A stretch of DNA of 64,000 nt from Eledone cirrhosa (Eukaryota): NCBI GenBank assembly GCA_964016885.1, contig OZ024751.1:6882001-6946000 (forward strand), given 5' to 3'. Shown here in pieces: positions 1 through 12,918 of this stretch (position 1 is the stretch's first letter; every line of letters starts with the position of its first letter). Both the position numbers and the translations under genes were made by a program. The notes under the pieces were generated by a model, which had not been told where the DNA came from, ran no database searches, and was given only the letters and a program-made list of their open reading frames with translations.

Positions 1-385
1 ATAAAGTGTATTTCAAAATACACTATATATGCATTCATATAATTATCGCTATTTCAGAGCACCAATTCTAATTTTCAATTTCTCTTGAACCGGCGACCGC
101 TCTGTATAATCAGTTCCTGATTATTACTGGAATTCTATAAGAATCCAAAACACATAATTTTCAGCAAGCAGGAGGGGTAGTGAACTTTCATTAGTACCAA
201 AAAATACGAAACAGAGCTCTGTCAGTTTATCTCCCCTGTTTGCTGAAAATTTAAATGAGTGTCATTGTCACTATTTTAAAACAATAGTGTATGGTCTTCA
301 AAATGATTTTAATTAAGCACACAGTGTATTGCATAATACACTATATATACATTTATATATATATCGCTATTTCAGAGCAACAATT

Positions 386-432
<47 letters not shown>

Positions 433-679
433 GCATGATTGCGTGTTCGTTTCTAAAATTAATTTTATTGAGGTTACACTTCATTATAATATTGAAACAT
501 TTATACATGAAAATATACATGAAAATATTGACCGTTCACTGTCTCTCTTGTTTACACACTCTAACAAATATACTCCCATTTAAGCACAGAAGTAGCTCGT
601 ACATGCACACATATATACGCACATACATGGACAAATATATACGCACATACATGGACACACATATACATTATATATATAT

Positions 680-850
680 GTAGATAAATCTACCAAAATA
701 TACGGTAGCGTCCAATCCCTATGAAGAACTCAATGGAATCCAAATATCATAAATAAAAAGATGCATTCAAAAATGTTCGATAAAAATCATAGGAAAACAG
801 AGTCAAGGTAAATTAATAAAAACAATGAAATAAAAACAAAGAACAAGTTC

Positions 851-853
<3 letters not shown>
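680..853 (-). repeat. Fragment of Naiad-type PLE terminal repeat (family A)
   Basis: Diverged reverse complement of ~2870-3045; also similar to 46940-47030, upstream of the Naiad ORF. Ends in (TA)n. Confidence 0.75.
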
Positions 854-918
<65 letters not shown>

Positions 919-1207
919 TAAACATGTACACACAAGCATACTCGAATGCATGCACACATATACATACACAAACCACAATCGTATTCGATAGTATTGTTTT
1001 TGACTTCCGATGTCATGCTGTGTCGAAATTAAATTATACATTTTTGCATGTGTGCATATATATATATGTAAAAGTATGTATGTGTATATATATATATATA
1101 TATCCCCACAAAGAAACTCGCACGTATGTATATACATAGTATAATTTACTTAAATTCTTACATGAATCGTACGACGCTCTTTGCGCATCAAATGTTATCA
1201 TTAACGA

Positions 1208-1411
<204 letters not shown>

Positions 1412-1930
1412 CCTATATTGTTCTATTCGTATCCCATCTATACTTCAATTTACTACTCGTCGTAGAATCTTTTTTCATCACTTGACATATAGTTGCAAAT
1501 GGGTATTATTCAACATGAGTATAATCAGCTTCTATTTAAACTATTTAGGCCTATGTAGTGATTTATAAATAGAAAATTGATCCACTTGACTATCCAATAT
1601 CGTAAGCCGTTATAGCGACCTTTACTTGAGTTAATCAATCAATACAAGTTGGTGAACAAAGCTATACGGCTCAAGTAATGCTCGCTTTGTCCCCTCAAAT
1701 CGCCTTCATATACTGACAATATTTAATTCCACAATATCTTAAGGATGTCTATGGAGAAGGATTTGAGATTTGTAAGAGGAGAGGAAATAACATTAAGCAT
1801 ATAGTTCGTGTGCTTCATGAATCAATTAATATCTCATTAATTTATACACTATATATAGGTACTTATATCTAGTTTAAGTATACAATATATTCCTACACAC
1901 TTTGAGAAACATGAAATAAATAGTTTAACG

Positions 1931-2043
<113 letters not shown>

Positions 2044-2480
2044 ATGGATCGATACATGGATAGATGGACATGTGGATAAATAGGAAAAACAGGTATATAT
2101 ATATATATATGCAATTCTTTCGGAAAAAAGTTTCTCACTGGGGTGTTATCATATATATATGTACATCTCACAGGAATATGTACGAATGGATTATATATTC
2201 ATGTTATTATATATTATTTTATCATATATATATATATAAAGGGACCGTCGAGCCGCCGATTATTGAGTCGGGTAGGATCGATACAGATCGAAACATGAGC
2301 TGATCAGTGGCGAAGCGCGCGTCACCTACCAATAAATGCAATGAAGGAATAATCAGTCGTCCTTGTTATTATTTCAATATATTACACTCTGTATATAGCT
2401 CTACACCTCATCACAGAAGTGAACCTAAACATCGAGTGCTCTCCCGGGTGAACCTGCAATAACTCCAAGTTACACTCCAT

Positions 2481-2554
<74 letters not shown>

Positions 2555-3080
2555 AAAGAAACAGTTCCTTATATTAAAAAAAATCATCATTTTACGATCG
2601 CTTCTAGGATATATATGTGTGTGTTGGTATGTATATCATATAGATCTATGTAAAAATTTTACAAACGATCAGAGGATATATACATACCTACACATATATA
2701 TGCTGTCTTCAGAAATAATTTATTTCTGAAGACAGCATATATATGTGTAGGTATGTATATTTCCTCTGATAGTTTGTAAAATGTTTACATAGATCTATAT
2801 GATATACATACCAACACACACATATATATCCTAGAAAAGATCGTAAAATGATGAATTTTTTAATATAAGGAAATGTTTCTTTGTTTTTATTTATTGTTTT
2901 TATTAATTTATCTTGACTCTGTTTTCCTGTGATTATCATCGAAAACATTTTTGAATACATCTTCTCTTTTCATGATATTTGGATTACATTGAGTTCTTCA
3001 TACGGATTGGACACTACCGTATATTTTGGTAGACTTATCTACATACTTTACTCCTAATTTTATACAGGTATTCATATTTT
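2555..3080. mobile_element. Fold-back pair of family A PLE pLTRs (arms ~2555-2718 and 2720-2882, right copy extended)
   Basis: Near-perfect inverted repeat centred at 2719; homologous to 50821-51012 at the 3' end of the Naiad element. Confidence 0.85.
2721..2850 (+). ncRNA. Type I hammerhead-like motif with ~100-nt stem/loop II
   Basis: attt-CTGAAGA(2726)...ccta-GAAA(2834)-agatcg-TA-aaat; the 50941 copy reads GAAA-cgatcg-TA (palindromic stem III). Confidence 0.6.
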
Positions 3081-3411
3081 AATATATATATATATATATT
3101 AATAAGAGGAATTCCAACTTTGTCTGATTTACTCGTTTTATTTACAATCCTTTAAAATTTATAATGGTATTATAATGAAATAGTATGATAGAATATTAAA
3201 AGTGTTAATTGAACAAGTACTTTCATGCTTTCGCAATAGTAATGTGTGGTGACAGTCAAGATTGCAATTTTCAACTGTAATGAGATGGGTAAATTTTGTA
3301 CCTTATATACAGTGAAAAGTGGCTCCAGAATGCTAAATCTTGCAACTGTATTTCGACCAATCGGTGTGTAGTTTCACTGAATTACTAAAGCTGATTGGTT
3401 TAGGCGTCACG

Positions 3412-4347
3412 CTAGGACCAAATTACCATTCCTAGATATAATGATAATCAAAAACAACACCACTATTACCACGGATATATATTATAAACACACAGACACC
3501 CATCAATATCTGAATTTTAAGTCGTGCCATCCACCTCGTACAAAACGCAACATCCCATACTGCCTAGCCAGAATAATTTGTACCATTGTAGAAGATACGA
3601 ATACCAGGTACAATCGCCTAACAGAACTAAGAGAATTTTTGCTCAAACAAAAATACCCATCTCTACTTATAGAAAATAACATACAGCGGGCTATAAAAAT
3701 ACCTATACAACAACTTAGGACAACCCAAGGAAGAAGAAACCAAGAACTGGTCATACCATTTATAATGACACATAACCCATGTCACCAGAATATTTTCAAC
3801 ACTGCCAAAGCAAACCTACCGATCATTGCTCAAGGTAATGAATTAAAAGGCTTAATCACAGATCGATCTTTGACTCTTAGTAAAAGACAGCCGAAAAATT
3901 TGAAGCAATTACTAACAAAAGCAAAGTTTGACCTTAACAACAAATACCAATCATTCACTGTATCTAAATGCAATGATCGTCGATGCGGCACATGTCAATC
4001 CGTACACGCCGGTCAATATATGAAAACAAAAACTGGAAAAATGTTCCCAAATGCAAATATAAACTGCAAAAGCAGAAATCTAATTTACTGCATTAAATGC
4101 CCGAATTGTGAAGAACCATATGTCGGTCAAACTGGAAATGCACTATCAGAACGTGCACGGGTACATCGTCAGCAAATCAGAGACCCAAATGTCCGTCAGA
4201 TACTCCTAAGTAACCATCTAGCAACATGTGGTCAGGGATATTTATAATATTCCCATTCTACAAATTACACAGCCCAAGTGAAATCAAGAGAAAATCAAAG
4301 AAAAGAATGTTATTGATAAATTCAAACCCAAGCTAAATGAACAATAA
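3412..4347 (+). pseudogene. PLE RT C-terminus/thumb + GIY-YIG endonuclease (truncated, frameshifted near 4247)
   Basis: LPFLDIMI, YYKHTDTHQYL..SCHP, CxxxxCxTC linker, NLIYCIKC..C..YVGQT...R..HR. Confidence 0.9.
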
Positions 4348-4732
4348 TAATGCTTAGGGGTATTACTTCTACTATGACTATGACTACGACCATGTCGACT
4401 ACGACCACTAACAACAACAACAACAATAATAATAATAATAAAAGTCATGTTGATAGTGATGATTATTAGAAAATGCTATTTTCGTCATTTCTAAAAATAG
4501 CAAAACAATTGATGCTTTGGATAGGATCAATTAGTGGTCGTTAAACATGCTCAACCAACCGTGACGCCTAAACCAATCAGCTTTAGTAATTCAGTGAAAC
4601 TACACACCGAGTGGTCGAAATACAGTTTGCAAGATTTAGCATTCTGGAGCCACTTTTCACTGTATATAAGGTACACAATTTACCCATCTCATTACAGTTG
4701 AAAATTGCAAACTTGACTGTCACCACACATTA

Positions 4733-4771
4733 TGAACCTGAAGATTGCGAAAGCATGAAAGTACTTGTTCA
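4733..4771 (+). ncRNA. Minimal type I hammerhead ribozyme in pLTR
   Basis: tgaac-CTGAAGA-ttgc(gaaa)gcat-GAAA-gtac-TT-gttca: 5-bp stem I, palindromic stem III. Confidence 0.8.
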
Positions 4772-4923
4772 ATTAACACGTAACATTTAATATTCTATCA
4801 TACTATTTCATTATAATACCATTATAAATTTTAAAGGATTGTAAATAAAACGAGTAAATCAGACAAAGTTGGAATTCCTCTTATTAATATAATCTTCTAT
4901 ACACAATCATACACACCCGTGTA

Positions 4924-4996
<73 letters not shown>

Positions 4997-4999
4997 CTA

Positions 5000-5833
5000 C
5001 GTATTCCTCACCGGACAACCGGTGTGCGCCCCGTTCGTGAGGCGAGACTTCCCAAGACTCGTCTCGCTGACGGAGCTGCAGTCCTGTGTCAAGCAAAGAC
5101 CGAGGAAATGGGCGACTGGAACATCGAATGTGCTCAGGCGCTCACAGCCCTCTGGCAGGCGGACCCGGCGATCAGTGGAGACTCCACTTCGTCATTCTAT
5201 AGAGGGTTGATCCGCAGCAAGTGCGACAACGCGCTCGGTGAAACTTTAGGCGTAGAGGAAGATGAACTGGCCAGTCTGTTCGGTAGGACCTTCCACCCGG
5301 GACCGATGGACAACTTCCAAAAGTCCCTGGCTTGGCAGTGCTACCGAGGAGCTCTACCAGTTTGAGAAAAGCTCTACAGCCATGGGCACCCGGGCAGGGA
5401 ACCTGCAAAAAAGATCTGTCCGAGGTGCGTGCGTAACGAAGAAACCGTCGCGCACGCATTCATACACTGCCCGGGCGTCACTGACATGTGGGGCTATGTA
5501 GAACGACTATTGTCGCGGGCGGGACCAATCCGGTTGACCACCGAGCCCATTGTCATGATCAAACCGCCACCCTCCTTCAAAAACGAAGGAGAGGCGGTTT
5601 TCCTTTGTGTGATAGCTATGGCGAAAGAGGTTATATGGTGGACAGAGTTGAAAGGGCTGAGGTCAGACACCTTTGTCTCCGGCCAACAGCTGATTCTTTT
5701 TTTCAAATACCACTTTGGAAGAAGAATCAGGATGGAGAGAGAGGTGCTGTACCCCAGCAAGTTTTATGAAAGGTGGGTGAAAGTGGCGAGAATGGCCCGA
5801 GTGAATGGGCCTTCTCTCTATATCAGCCTGTAG
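5000..5833 (+). pseudogene. 3' fragment of L1/Tx1-clade LINE ORF2 (C-terminal zinc knuckle)
   Basis: ORFs 4919-5365 and 5429-5833 share a frame across one TGA: KSLAWQCYRGALPV*...CPRC...EETVAHAFIHC...W. Confidence 0.8.
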
Positions 5834-6049
5834 TTGAGGAAAAGGAGGAGGAGAGGAAAGTACAAACTCTTCGTACTCCTGGAGATGAGGGCTGCACATT
5901 TTTGGGGGGTATGTGTTACCCATAAGAACTGTCTCCCCCTATTGTGGAAAATCGACTAATTTTTTTATTCACACTCCGCTCTGTAAGAATATTGAGTGCT
6001 AATTTTGGCATACCGCCTATGGAAGCATCATAGCTACCATTATAAACAC

Positions 6050-6095
<46 letters not shown>

Positions 6096-6230
6096 AGTGT
6101 AATTTTCTACACAAAACGAAGGTTATAGAGAAAATTGAGGTTGGTAATGGCACATGGAATATGTAAGAGACAGAATACTTTTTTGTGAAAAAACATAATT
6201 TTATAAGGTAAGGAAATAATAAAGGGTATA

Positions 6231-6280
6231 AAAAATGACCGGTTTCGATGGGTCTGCAAAAGCCATCTTTTCAAATGTTG
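6231..6280 (-). ncRNA. Hammerhead ribozyme (U3-A8 core variant) in 3' pLTR
   Basis: Reverse strand TTGAAAA-gatgg..ccatc-GAAA-ccgg-TC. Confidence 0.75.
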
Positions 6281-6731
6281 ATTAATATTAAGAAAAATTA
6301 ATAATACGAAGAGTTAAAATTTGAGACTTGAAAATTCAAGTATAAAATTCATTGTGGGATTTCATAGCAGTTTTCATCTAGGTAGCAACAACAGGTTGAC
6401 TGCTGTGTCCCTTTCTGGTAGTGAATGAGAAGTTATTTGGGGTGTGGGTTATTTTATAAAGGTCAGATTTAGCAATCGCCAGCTGCTGGTCAGTGAGGGG
6501 GTGGAAGCAATATACACACACATATCTTCCTGTGATGGGTAGGAGAGTGGAGCGTGATAGAAAAGGATTTAGTGCACTTACACCTATATATACACACATA
6601 CCTTCATCCACACATACATACATATACATATACATATATATATATATATATATATACATATACACACATACATACACACACACATACATATACATACACA
6701 CATACACACACACACACATATATATACACAT

Positions 6732-6786
<55 letters not shown>

Positions 6787-6825
6787 TATATATACATACA
6801 CATACATCCAGATACACACATACAT

Positions 6826-6911
<86 letters not shown>

Positions 6912-7083
6912 CCCCACACATACATACACACACACATATATATATACATATACATACACACATACAAACATACACACACACACACACACATATATATACA
7001 CACATACACACACATATATACACACACACACACACACACGCATATATATATATATATACACATACGCATACATCCAGATACCC

Positions 7084-7122
<39 letters not shown>

Positions 7123-7514
7123 CAATACATACATCCACATGCACACACATACTCACACACACACACACACACATACATACACCCACACACAGAGAAATGG
7201 CCTTCAAATATATATATATATATATACATACAGACACATATATTTTTTCCATAATATAAGAAGTTGGGGCAGTGAAATTAAAATACAAGTCATTCTGATC
7301 TTCATGTAGATTGGGCCCCGCAACCGACAGTGGTGAATTCTGTGTGCGCATATATATATAGATATATGTGTGTGCACGTGCAGGGTTTAACATGGATGTG
7401 TTGGTCACACAAAGGCATGGTCTGTCAATGAATAAACCTGATTCTACAGAATTGGTCTCTGGTCTTTAATAGTAGTGATTCCGTGCGTATGTGTGTTTAT
7501 ATTTTATGACAATT

Positions 7515-9791
7515 CTATTGGGGTGATAACCCGTTTAGTTTTGGTTTCAATTTGTTAAGGAATAGATTTTCTTTGTTTATTCTTTGTTGTTGTGTGAACG
7601 AATCTGAGCACTTGTAGAAGGGGAAGATTTTAAAGTTGGGTAGTGTCATTCCTGCGCAGTTCGCAATATGGCTGCTCAAGGGGATTTTTCTTGTGTTAGC
7701 GTCCCGGATTTGTTGGCGGTGGATGGTCATTCTTTTGCGTAATGAGGTGCCCGTCTGTCCTATGTAGTTGTGTTTGCACCCACCGCAAGTTATTGCGTAA
7801 ATCAAGTTCTCCGAGTTGCAGGTGAAATTGTTTTTTACTGTAAATGTTTGGCCATCTTTGAATGTAAATGTTTGTCCTTCAGTGAGGTAGAGGCACGTTC
7901 CACAGTTTGTTCTACCACATTTGGTAACTGTAGGGTTGAGAATTGGTTTGGGTATATTTGGTCCAGTGAGAATGCGTTTAAGTGATTTGGGTTGTCTTTT
8001 ACTTTTAAGGATCTTGTGTGTTTCAAGAATAGACTTCATTTTTACATCTTTAAGTAGGATGGGGAGGTTTTTGTGCAGGTGATCAAACATTTCGGTATTT
8101 CTGGGGTTGAAAGTGGATACATATGGCAGGGTGTTGAGTGTGGTTTTCTGTTTTGGATTGTTAAGTTGATGGGGATTTAGGTGTTTTGCCCTGTCTATTC
8201 CATTGTTGATTATTTCAAGTGGAAAGGCTCTTAAGATAAGGGTGTCTTTTAGTTCCTTTAGTCTTTGCTCCCGTTTAGGTGGATCTGATACTATGGTACA
8301 TATACGTTTGGCCAAATTGTAAGGAATGTTAAGTTTTGTATGTTTTGGGTGACTTGATGTGAAAAAGAGGTATTGCTTGGAATCTGTGGGTTTATAGAAT
8401 ATATCTGTATCTAATTTCCCGTCTATTACAGAGATGAGAATATCCAAGAAGGCTAATTCCTTAGGATTGGATTCCATTGTGAATTGTATGTTATTATCTA
8501 TGTTGTTTATCATGTTTTTAAACGTAGTAAGTGAGTTCATGTCTTCTTGCCATAGGATAAAGCAGTCGTCTAGATATCTTTTCCAATTGGCTTTGAGGTG
8601 TGTGTGGAAAGAGTCTCCAAATAAGAGAAGGGACTGACTGTATATTTGTTGTTCATGGAATCCCATGACTAGGTTGGCATATGTGGGTGCTACTTTCGTG
8701 CCCATTGCCGTACCTGATACTTGTCTGTATGTTGAACCATTGAATGTGAAGTAGTTATTTTGTAGGATAAAGCGGAGTCCGTCAGTGATAAAATCTGTGT
8801 TGATGCGTGTCGGTATTTCTGATGGGTGTGTGTTAAGCCAGTATTGGACTGCTGTTATTCCATAGTTGTGAGGTATGTTTGTGTAGAGGTTTATTACGTC
8901 AAAGGAGACAAGAATTGTATTTGCACTTACTGTTTTAGGGAGGTGTTTCAGCATGTCAAGGTCATCTCGTATGTAGCTCTGTATATGTTGTAGAAAGGGT
9001 TTCAGTAGGATGTCCAGAAAGTTGCTAAGTCTGTGGGTTTCACATGTAGGGCCTGCTATAATTGGCCTGAGTTTTAGGTCTTCTGGTGGTGTTAGTTCAA
9101 TGTAATTGTTGGTTGAGGTGTCACATGCATCGTTTATGGGTTTACATTTGTGAAGTTTCGGTAAGCCGTAAAAAGAGCTTGTATTGCATTTGAAGTGGCT
9201 TATATAGTTAAACTCTTTTGTGGTTAAGCTGTTGCGGTATTTATTCAGTAAGGTCAAAAGGTTCCCCATTGTTTTGGTGTGTTTGTAGTTTTCTGTTTTT
9301 TCATAGTATGTGTTGTTTTCTAAAATGTTAAGTGCGAGGGTCCTATAGTAGTCCGTATTCATAATCACAACAGTACTGCCTTTATCGGCTTCTTTGATAG
9401 TTATCTCAGGGTTGTTTCTAAGTGTGAATAATTCTTCCCATTCGTGTGTAGATAGGTTTGATTTCGTGTGTTTATTTGTAATTTTTTCATAGGGAAAGTT
9501 GGTGATGTGTTCGCAGTACGTGTCCAGTGCTTTATTTCTTCCCTTTTGTGGGCAGAAATTGCTTTTATTTCTAACCAGTGATTCGTCTTCAGTGTTGGTG
9601 TCGTTGTGGAAGAATTCCGTTAGTCGCAGCTTTCGGCAGTATTCCATGATGTCATCCTTCATTTCGGGGAAGTTTGGTTTACGTGGTGTAGGTGTAAATT
9701 TCAGGCCCTTACTTAAAATGTTGATTTGTGTGTTGGTTAGAGGTGTCTTTGAGAGGTTGATTATTTTTGGTTTCTCCTGGGGGGGGGCCAT
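7515..9791 (-). CDS. Penelope-like reverse transcriptase + GIY-YIG endonuclease (758 aa from first ATG)
   Basis: IINLS..L...L.KGLKF.PTP, ADKG, YGLPKLHK, RPII, SFDVINLYTNIP, GTAMGT..AP.YAN, RYLDD, FLD, CGRTNCGTC, LIYAITC..C...YIGQT. Confidence 0.95.
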   Translation of the reverse strand: MAPPQEKPKIINLSKTPLTNTQINILSKGLKFTPTPRKPNFPEMKDDIMEYCRKLRLTEFFHNDTNTEDESLVRNKSNFCPQKGRNKALDTYCEHITNFPYEKITNKHTKSNLSTHEWEELFTLRNNPEITIKEADKGSTVVIMNTDYYRTLALNILENNTYYEKTENYKHTKTMGNLLTLLNKYRNSLTTKEFNYISHFKCNTSSFYGLPKLHKCKPINDACDTSTNNYIELTPPEDLKLRPIIAGPTCETHRLSNFLDILLKPFLQHIQSYIRDDLDMLKHLPKTVSANTILVSFDVINLYTNIPHNYGITAVQYWLNTHPSEIPTRINTDFITDGLRFILQNNYFTFNGSTYRQVSGTAMGTKVAPTYANLVMGFHEQQIYSQSLLLFGDSFHTHLKANWKRYLDDCFILWQEDMNSLTTFKNMINNIDNNIQFTMESNPKELAFLDILISVIDGKLDTDIFYKPTDSKQYLFFTSSHPKHTKLNIPYNLAKRICTIVSDPPKREQRLKELKDTLILRAFPLEIINNGIDRAKHLNPHQLNNPKQKTTLNTLPYVSTFNPRNTEMFDHLHKNLPILLKDVKMKSILETHKILKSKRQPKSLKRILTGPNIPKPILNPTVTKCGRTNCGTCLYLTEGQTFTFKDGQTFTVKNNFTCNSENLIYAITCGGCKHNYIGQTGTSLRKRMTIHRQQIRDANTRKIPLSSHIANCAGMTLPNFKIFPFYKCSDSFTQQQRINKENLFLNKLKPKLNGLSPQ

Positions 9792-11026
9792 CGAGTATCC
9801 TGGTATTTCAGGCTTTTCCCTAAAAAAGGAATGTAGTTTTGTGTGTGATTATATTTTGTTGGTCTGTTGCGTGTGGGTCTGTAGCTTGTTGTTTCATGAG
9901 GGTGAATGTGATGGTGGGGGTGGTATGTGTTGTGGTTGTTGATGAGCAAGGGTTCTGTTGTTGGTTCATGTGGTCTGGGTGCGTTATTTCTGTGGTACAG
10001 AGTGTTGAGGCTGGGGGGTTGTCTTTTGTTGGATTGAGGGTGATGTCTGGTGTGGTTGTGGGTAAGTTCTGTTGTGATTTCAAGTGGCCTGGGTGGATTT
10101 CTTCTGAGGAATGTGGTGTGTGTGTTGTGAGTTGGATCTATGTTATTTCGTCGTTGGTTTATGTAGGGGGCATTTCTACGGAAACCTGTGTTGTGGTGGT
10201 TGGGTGTGTTTCTTTTGGTGTAGTTGGCCGTATTTGGTTTGTGTTGGTGGGGGATGTGCCTGTGGTTAGTGTGTGTTGGGTTTGGTGGTGTAAATGTGTC
10301 TGTTGTAGTTCTTGTTATGTTCAAATGCTTTATAAAGGGGTTACCTGTTTGGTGCGTCCTTTTAAAGTCTTCTTCATATTTGAGGAACCAGTTTTCGGAT
10401 TTTTCCTACCGTTTAAGGGAAATAGTTTCTGCATTCTCGCAGTCCTGTTTCCACGATTTGATTAAATTTTGTAGGGTTGTTCCCTCGGCCTTTTTAGTGC
10501 ATTCTTCCTCCATATTTTTATCAGTATCCTTATACTCTTGCTCGTTTGAGGTGGCCCTTAATTTTAGGAGTTCTATTTCCATGTTTATCCTGTTGAGTGA
10601 CATTTGTTCACGGAGTTTTCTTTCTGGTTGAGGTTCGTTTGTAATATGCTTTATTTGGAATTTACGTGGTAAAACTATCGGTGCTGAGTTAATCCATTTT
10701 TGGTAAATTCTAGCTTTGTTGAGGTTTTTTATCATATTCCAGAAAGTGAATTTTCTGGTTTTTAGATGTTTTTTCCAGAGGTGTCCCATTTGGTTTTTGA
10801 TATGGAGCAATGTCGTTTGTTCTGTGTTGGTATTCATAAGTTTTTCGATGGAGTTGCATACGTTTTGAACGTATAAATAAATTTGGTTGTCAGTCGGTGT
10901 GGTGGTTTGGGGTATATCCTGTTTTTTTGTCAGAATGGTGAGTTTTCCATTTATCTCTTTTAGGATTTTCAGGATTTCCTCATTGATATTGGAGTTTGAA
11001 GTGGTGTTGTCTTGTTCCAGTGCCAT
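9761..11026 (-). CDS. Upstream ORF1 (~421 codons; helical/coiled-coil-like N-half, low-complexity N/T/P/H/R C-half) interrupted by one TAG at 10406-10408
   Basis: ORFs 10406-11026 and 9761-10324 are in the same frame and the linker is open after the TAG; overlaps the RT frame. Confidence 0.7.
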
Positions 11027-11194
11027 TTTCCGGATTTGCGTAGGTTAGTATATATGAAAAGTGTAATTTTCTACACAAAACGAAGGTTATAGAGAAAATT
11101 GAGGTTGGTAATGGCACATGGAATATGTAAGAGACAGAATACTTTTTTGTGAAAAAACATAATTTTATAAGGTAAGGAAATAATAAAGGGTATA

Positions 11195-11244
11195 AAAAAT
11201 GACCGGTTTCGATGGGTCTGCAAAAGCCATCTTTTCAAATGTTG
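11195..11244 (-). ncRNA. Hammerhead ribozyme (U3-A8 variant) in 5' pLTR
   Basis: Identical to the 6231-6280 copy. Confidence 0.75.
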
Positions 11245-11693
11245 ATTAATATTAAGAAAAATTAATAATACGAAGAGTTAAAATTTGAGACTTGAAAATT
11301 CAAGTATAAAATTCATTGTGGGATTTCATAGCAGTTTTCATCTAGGTAGCAACAACAGGTTGACTGCTGTGTCCCTTTCTGGTAGTGAATGAGAAGTTAT
11401 TTGGGGTGTGGGTTATTTTATAAAGGTCAGATTTAGCAATCGCCAGCTGCTGGTCAGTGAGGGGGTGGAAGCAATATACACACACATATATTCCTGTGAT
11501 GGGTAGGAGAGTGGAGCGTGATAGAAAAGGATTTAGTGCACTTACACCTATATATACACACATACCTTCATCCACACATACATACATATACATATACATA
11601 TATATATATATATATATACATATACACACATACATACACACACACATACATATACATACACACATACACACACTCACACATATATATACACAT

Positions 11694-11746
<53 letters not shown>

Positions 11747-11777
11747 TATATATACATACACATACATCCAGATACAC

Positions 11778-11888
<111 letters not shown>

Positions 11889-12414
11889 TCCCCACACATA
11901 CATACACACACACATATATATATACATATACATACACACATACAAACATACACACACACACACACATATATATACACACATACACACACATATATACACA
12001 CACACACACACACACGCATATATATATATATATACACATACGCATACATCCAGATACCCACATACATACACACACACACACACACACACGCACACACAAT
12101 ACATACATCCACATGCACACACATACTCACACACACACACACACACATACATACACCCACACACAGAGAAATGGCCTTCAAATATATATATATATATATA
12201 CATACAGACACATATATTTTTTCCATAATATAAGAAGTTGGGGCAGTGAAATTAAAATACAAGTCATTCTGATCTTCATGTAGATTGGGCCCCGCAACCG
12301 ACAGTGGTGAATTCTGTGTGCGCATATATATATAGATATATGTGTGTGCACGTATATATGTGTGTGTGTGTGTGTATGTATGTGTGTATCTGGATGTATG
12401 TGTATGTATATATA

Positions 12415-12469
<55 letters not shown>

Positions 12470-12918
12470 ATGTGTATATATATGTGTGTGTGTGTGTATG
12501 TGTGTATGTATATGTATGTGTGTGTGTATGTATGTGTGTATATGTATATATATATATATATATATGTATATGTATATGTATGTATGTGTGGATGAAGGTA
12601 TGTGTGTATATATAGGTGTAAGTGCACTAAATCCTTTTCTATCACGCTCCACTCTCCTACCCATCACAGGAATATATGTGTGTGTATATTGCTTCCACCC
12701 CCTCACTGACCAGCAGCTGGCGATTGCTAAATCTGACCTTTATAAAATAACCCACACCCCAAATAACTTCTCATTCACTACCAGAAAGGGACACAGCAGT
12801 CAACCTGTTGTTGCTACCTAGATGAAAACTGCTATGAAATCCCACAATGAATTTTATACTTGAATTTTCAAGTCTCAAATTTTAACTCTTCGTATTATTA
12901 ATTTTTCTTAATATTAAT

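Larger units (their letters stand above)
3096..4922 (+). mobile_element. 5'-truncated Neptune-type Penelope-like element with inverted upstream pLTR
   Basis: 3096-3411 is the reverse complement of 4560-4890; the body encodes the RT C-terminus and GIY-YIG domain. Confidence 0.9.

Noticed and set aside
156-252. Imperfect inverted repeat near the window start
   Set aside because: Short, single copy and without diagnostic motif; cannot be assigned.
4595-4630. Second hammerhead in the 4560-4890 pLTR
   Set aside because: A hairpin plus GAAA is present but there is no CUGANGA core.
9499-10631. Plus-strand ORFs 9499-9942, 9839-10465 and 10224-10631
   Set aside because: Antisense shadows of the PLE ORFs caused by strand compositional bias.
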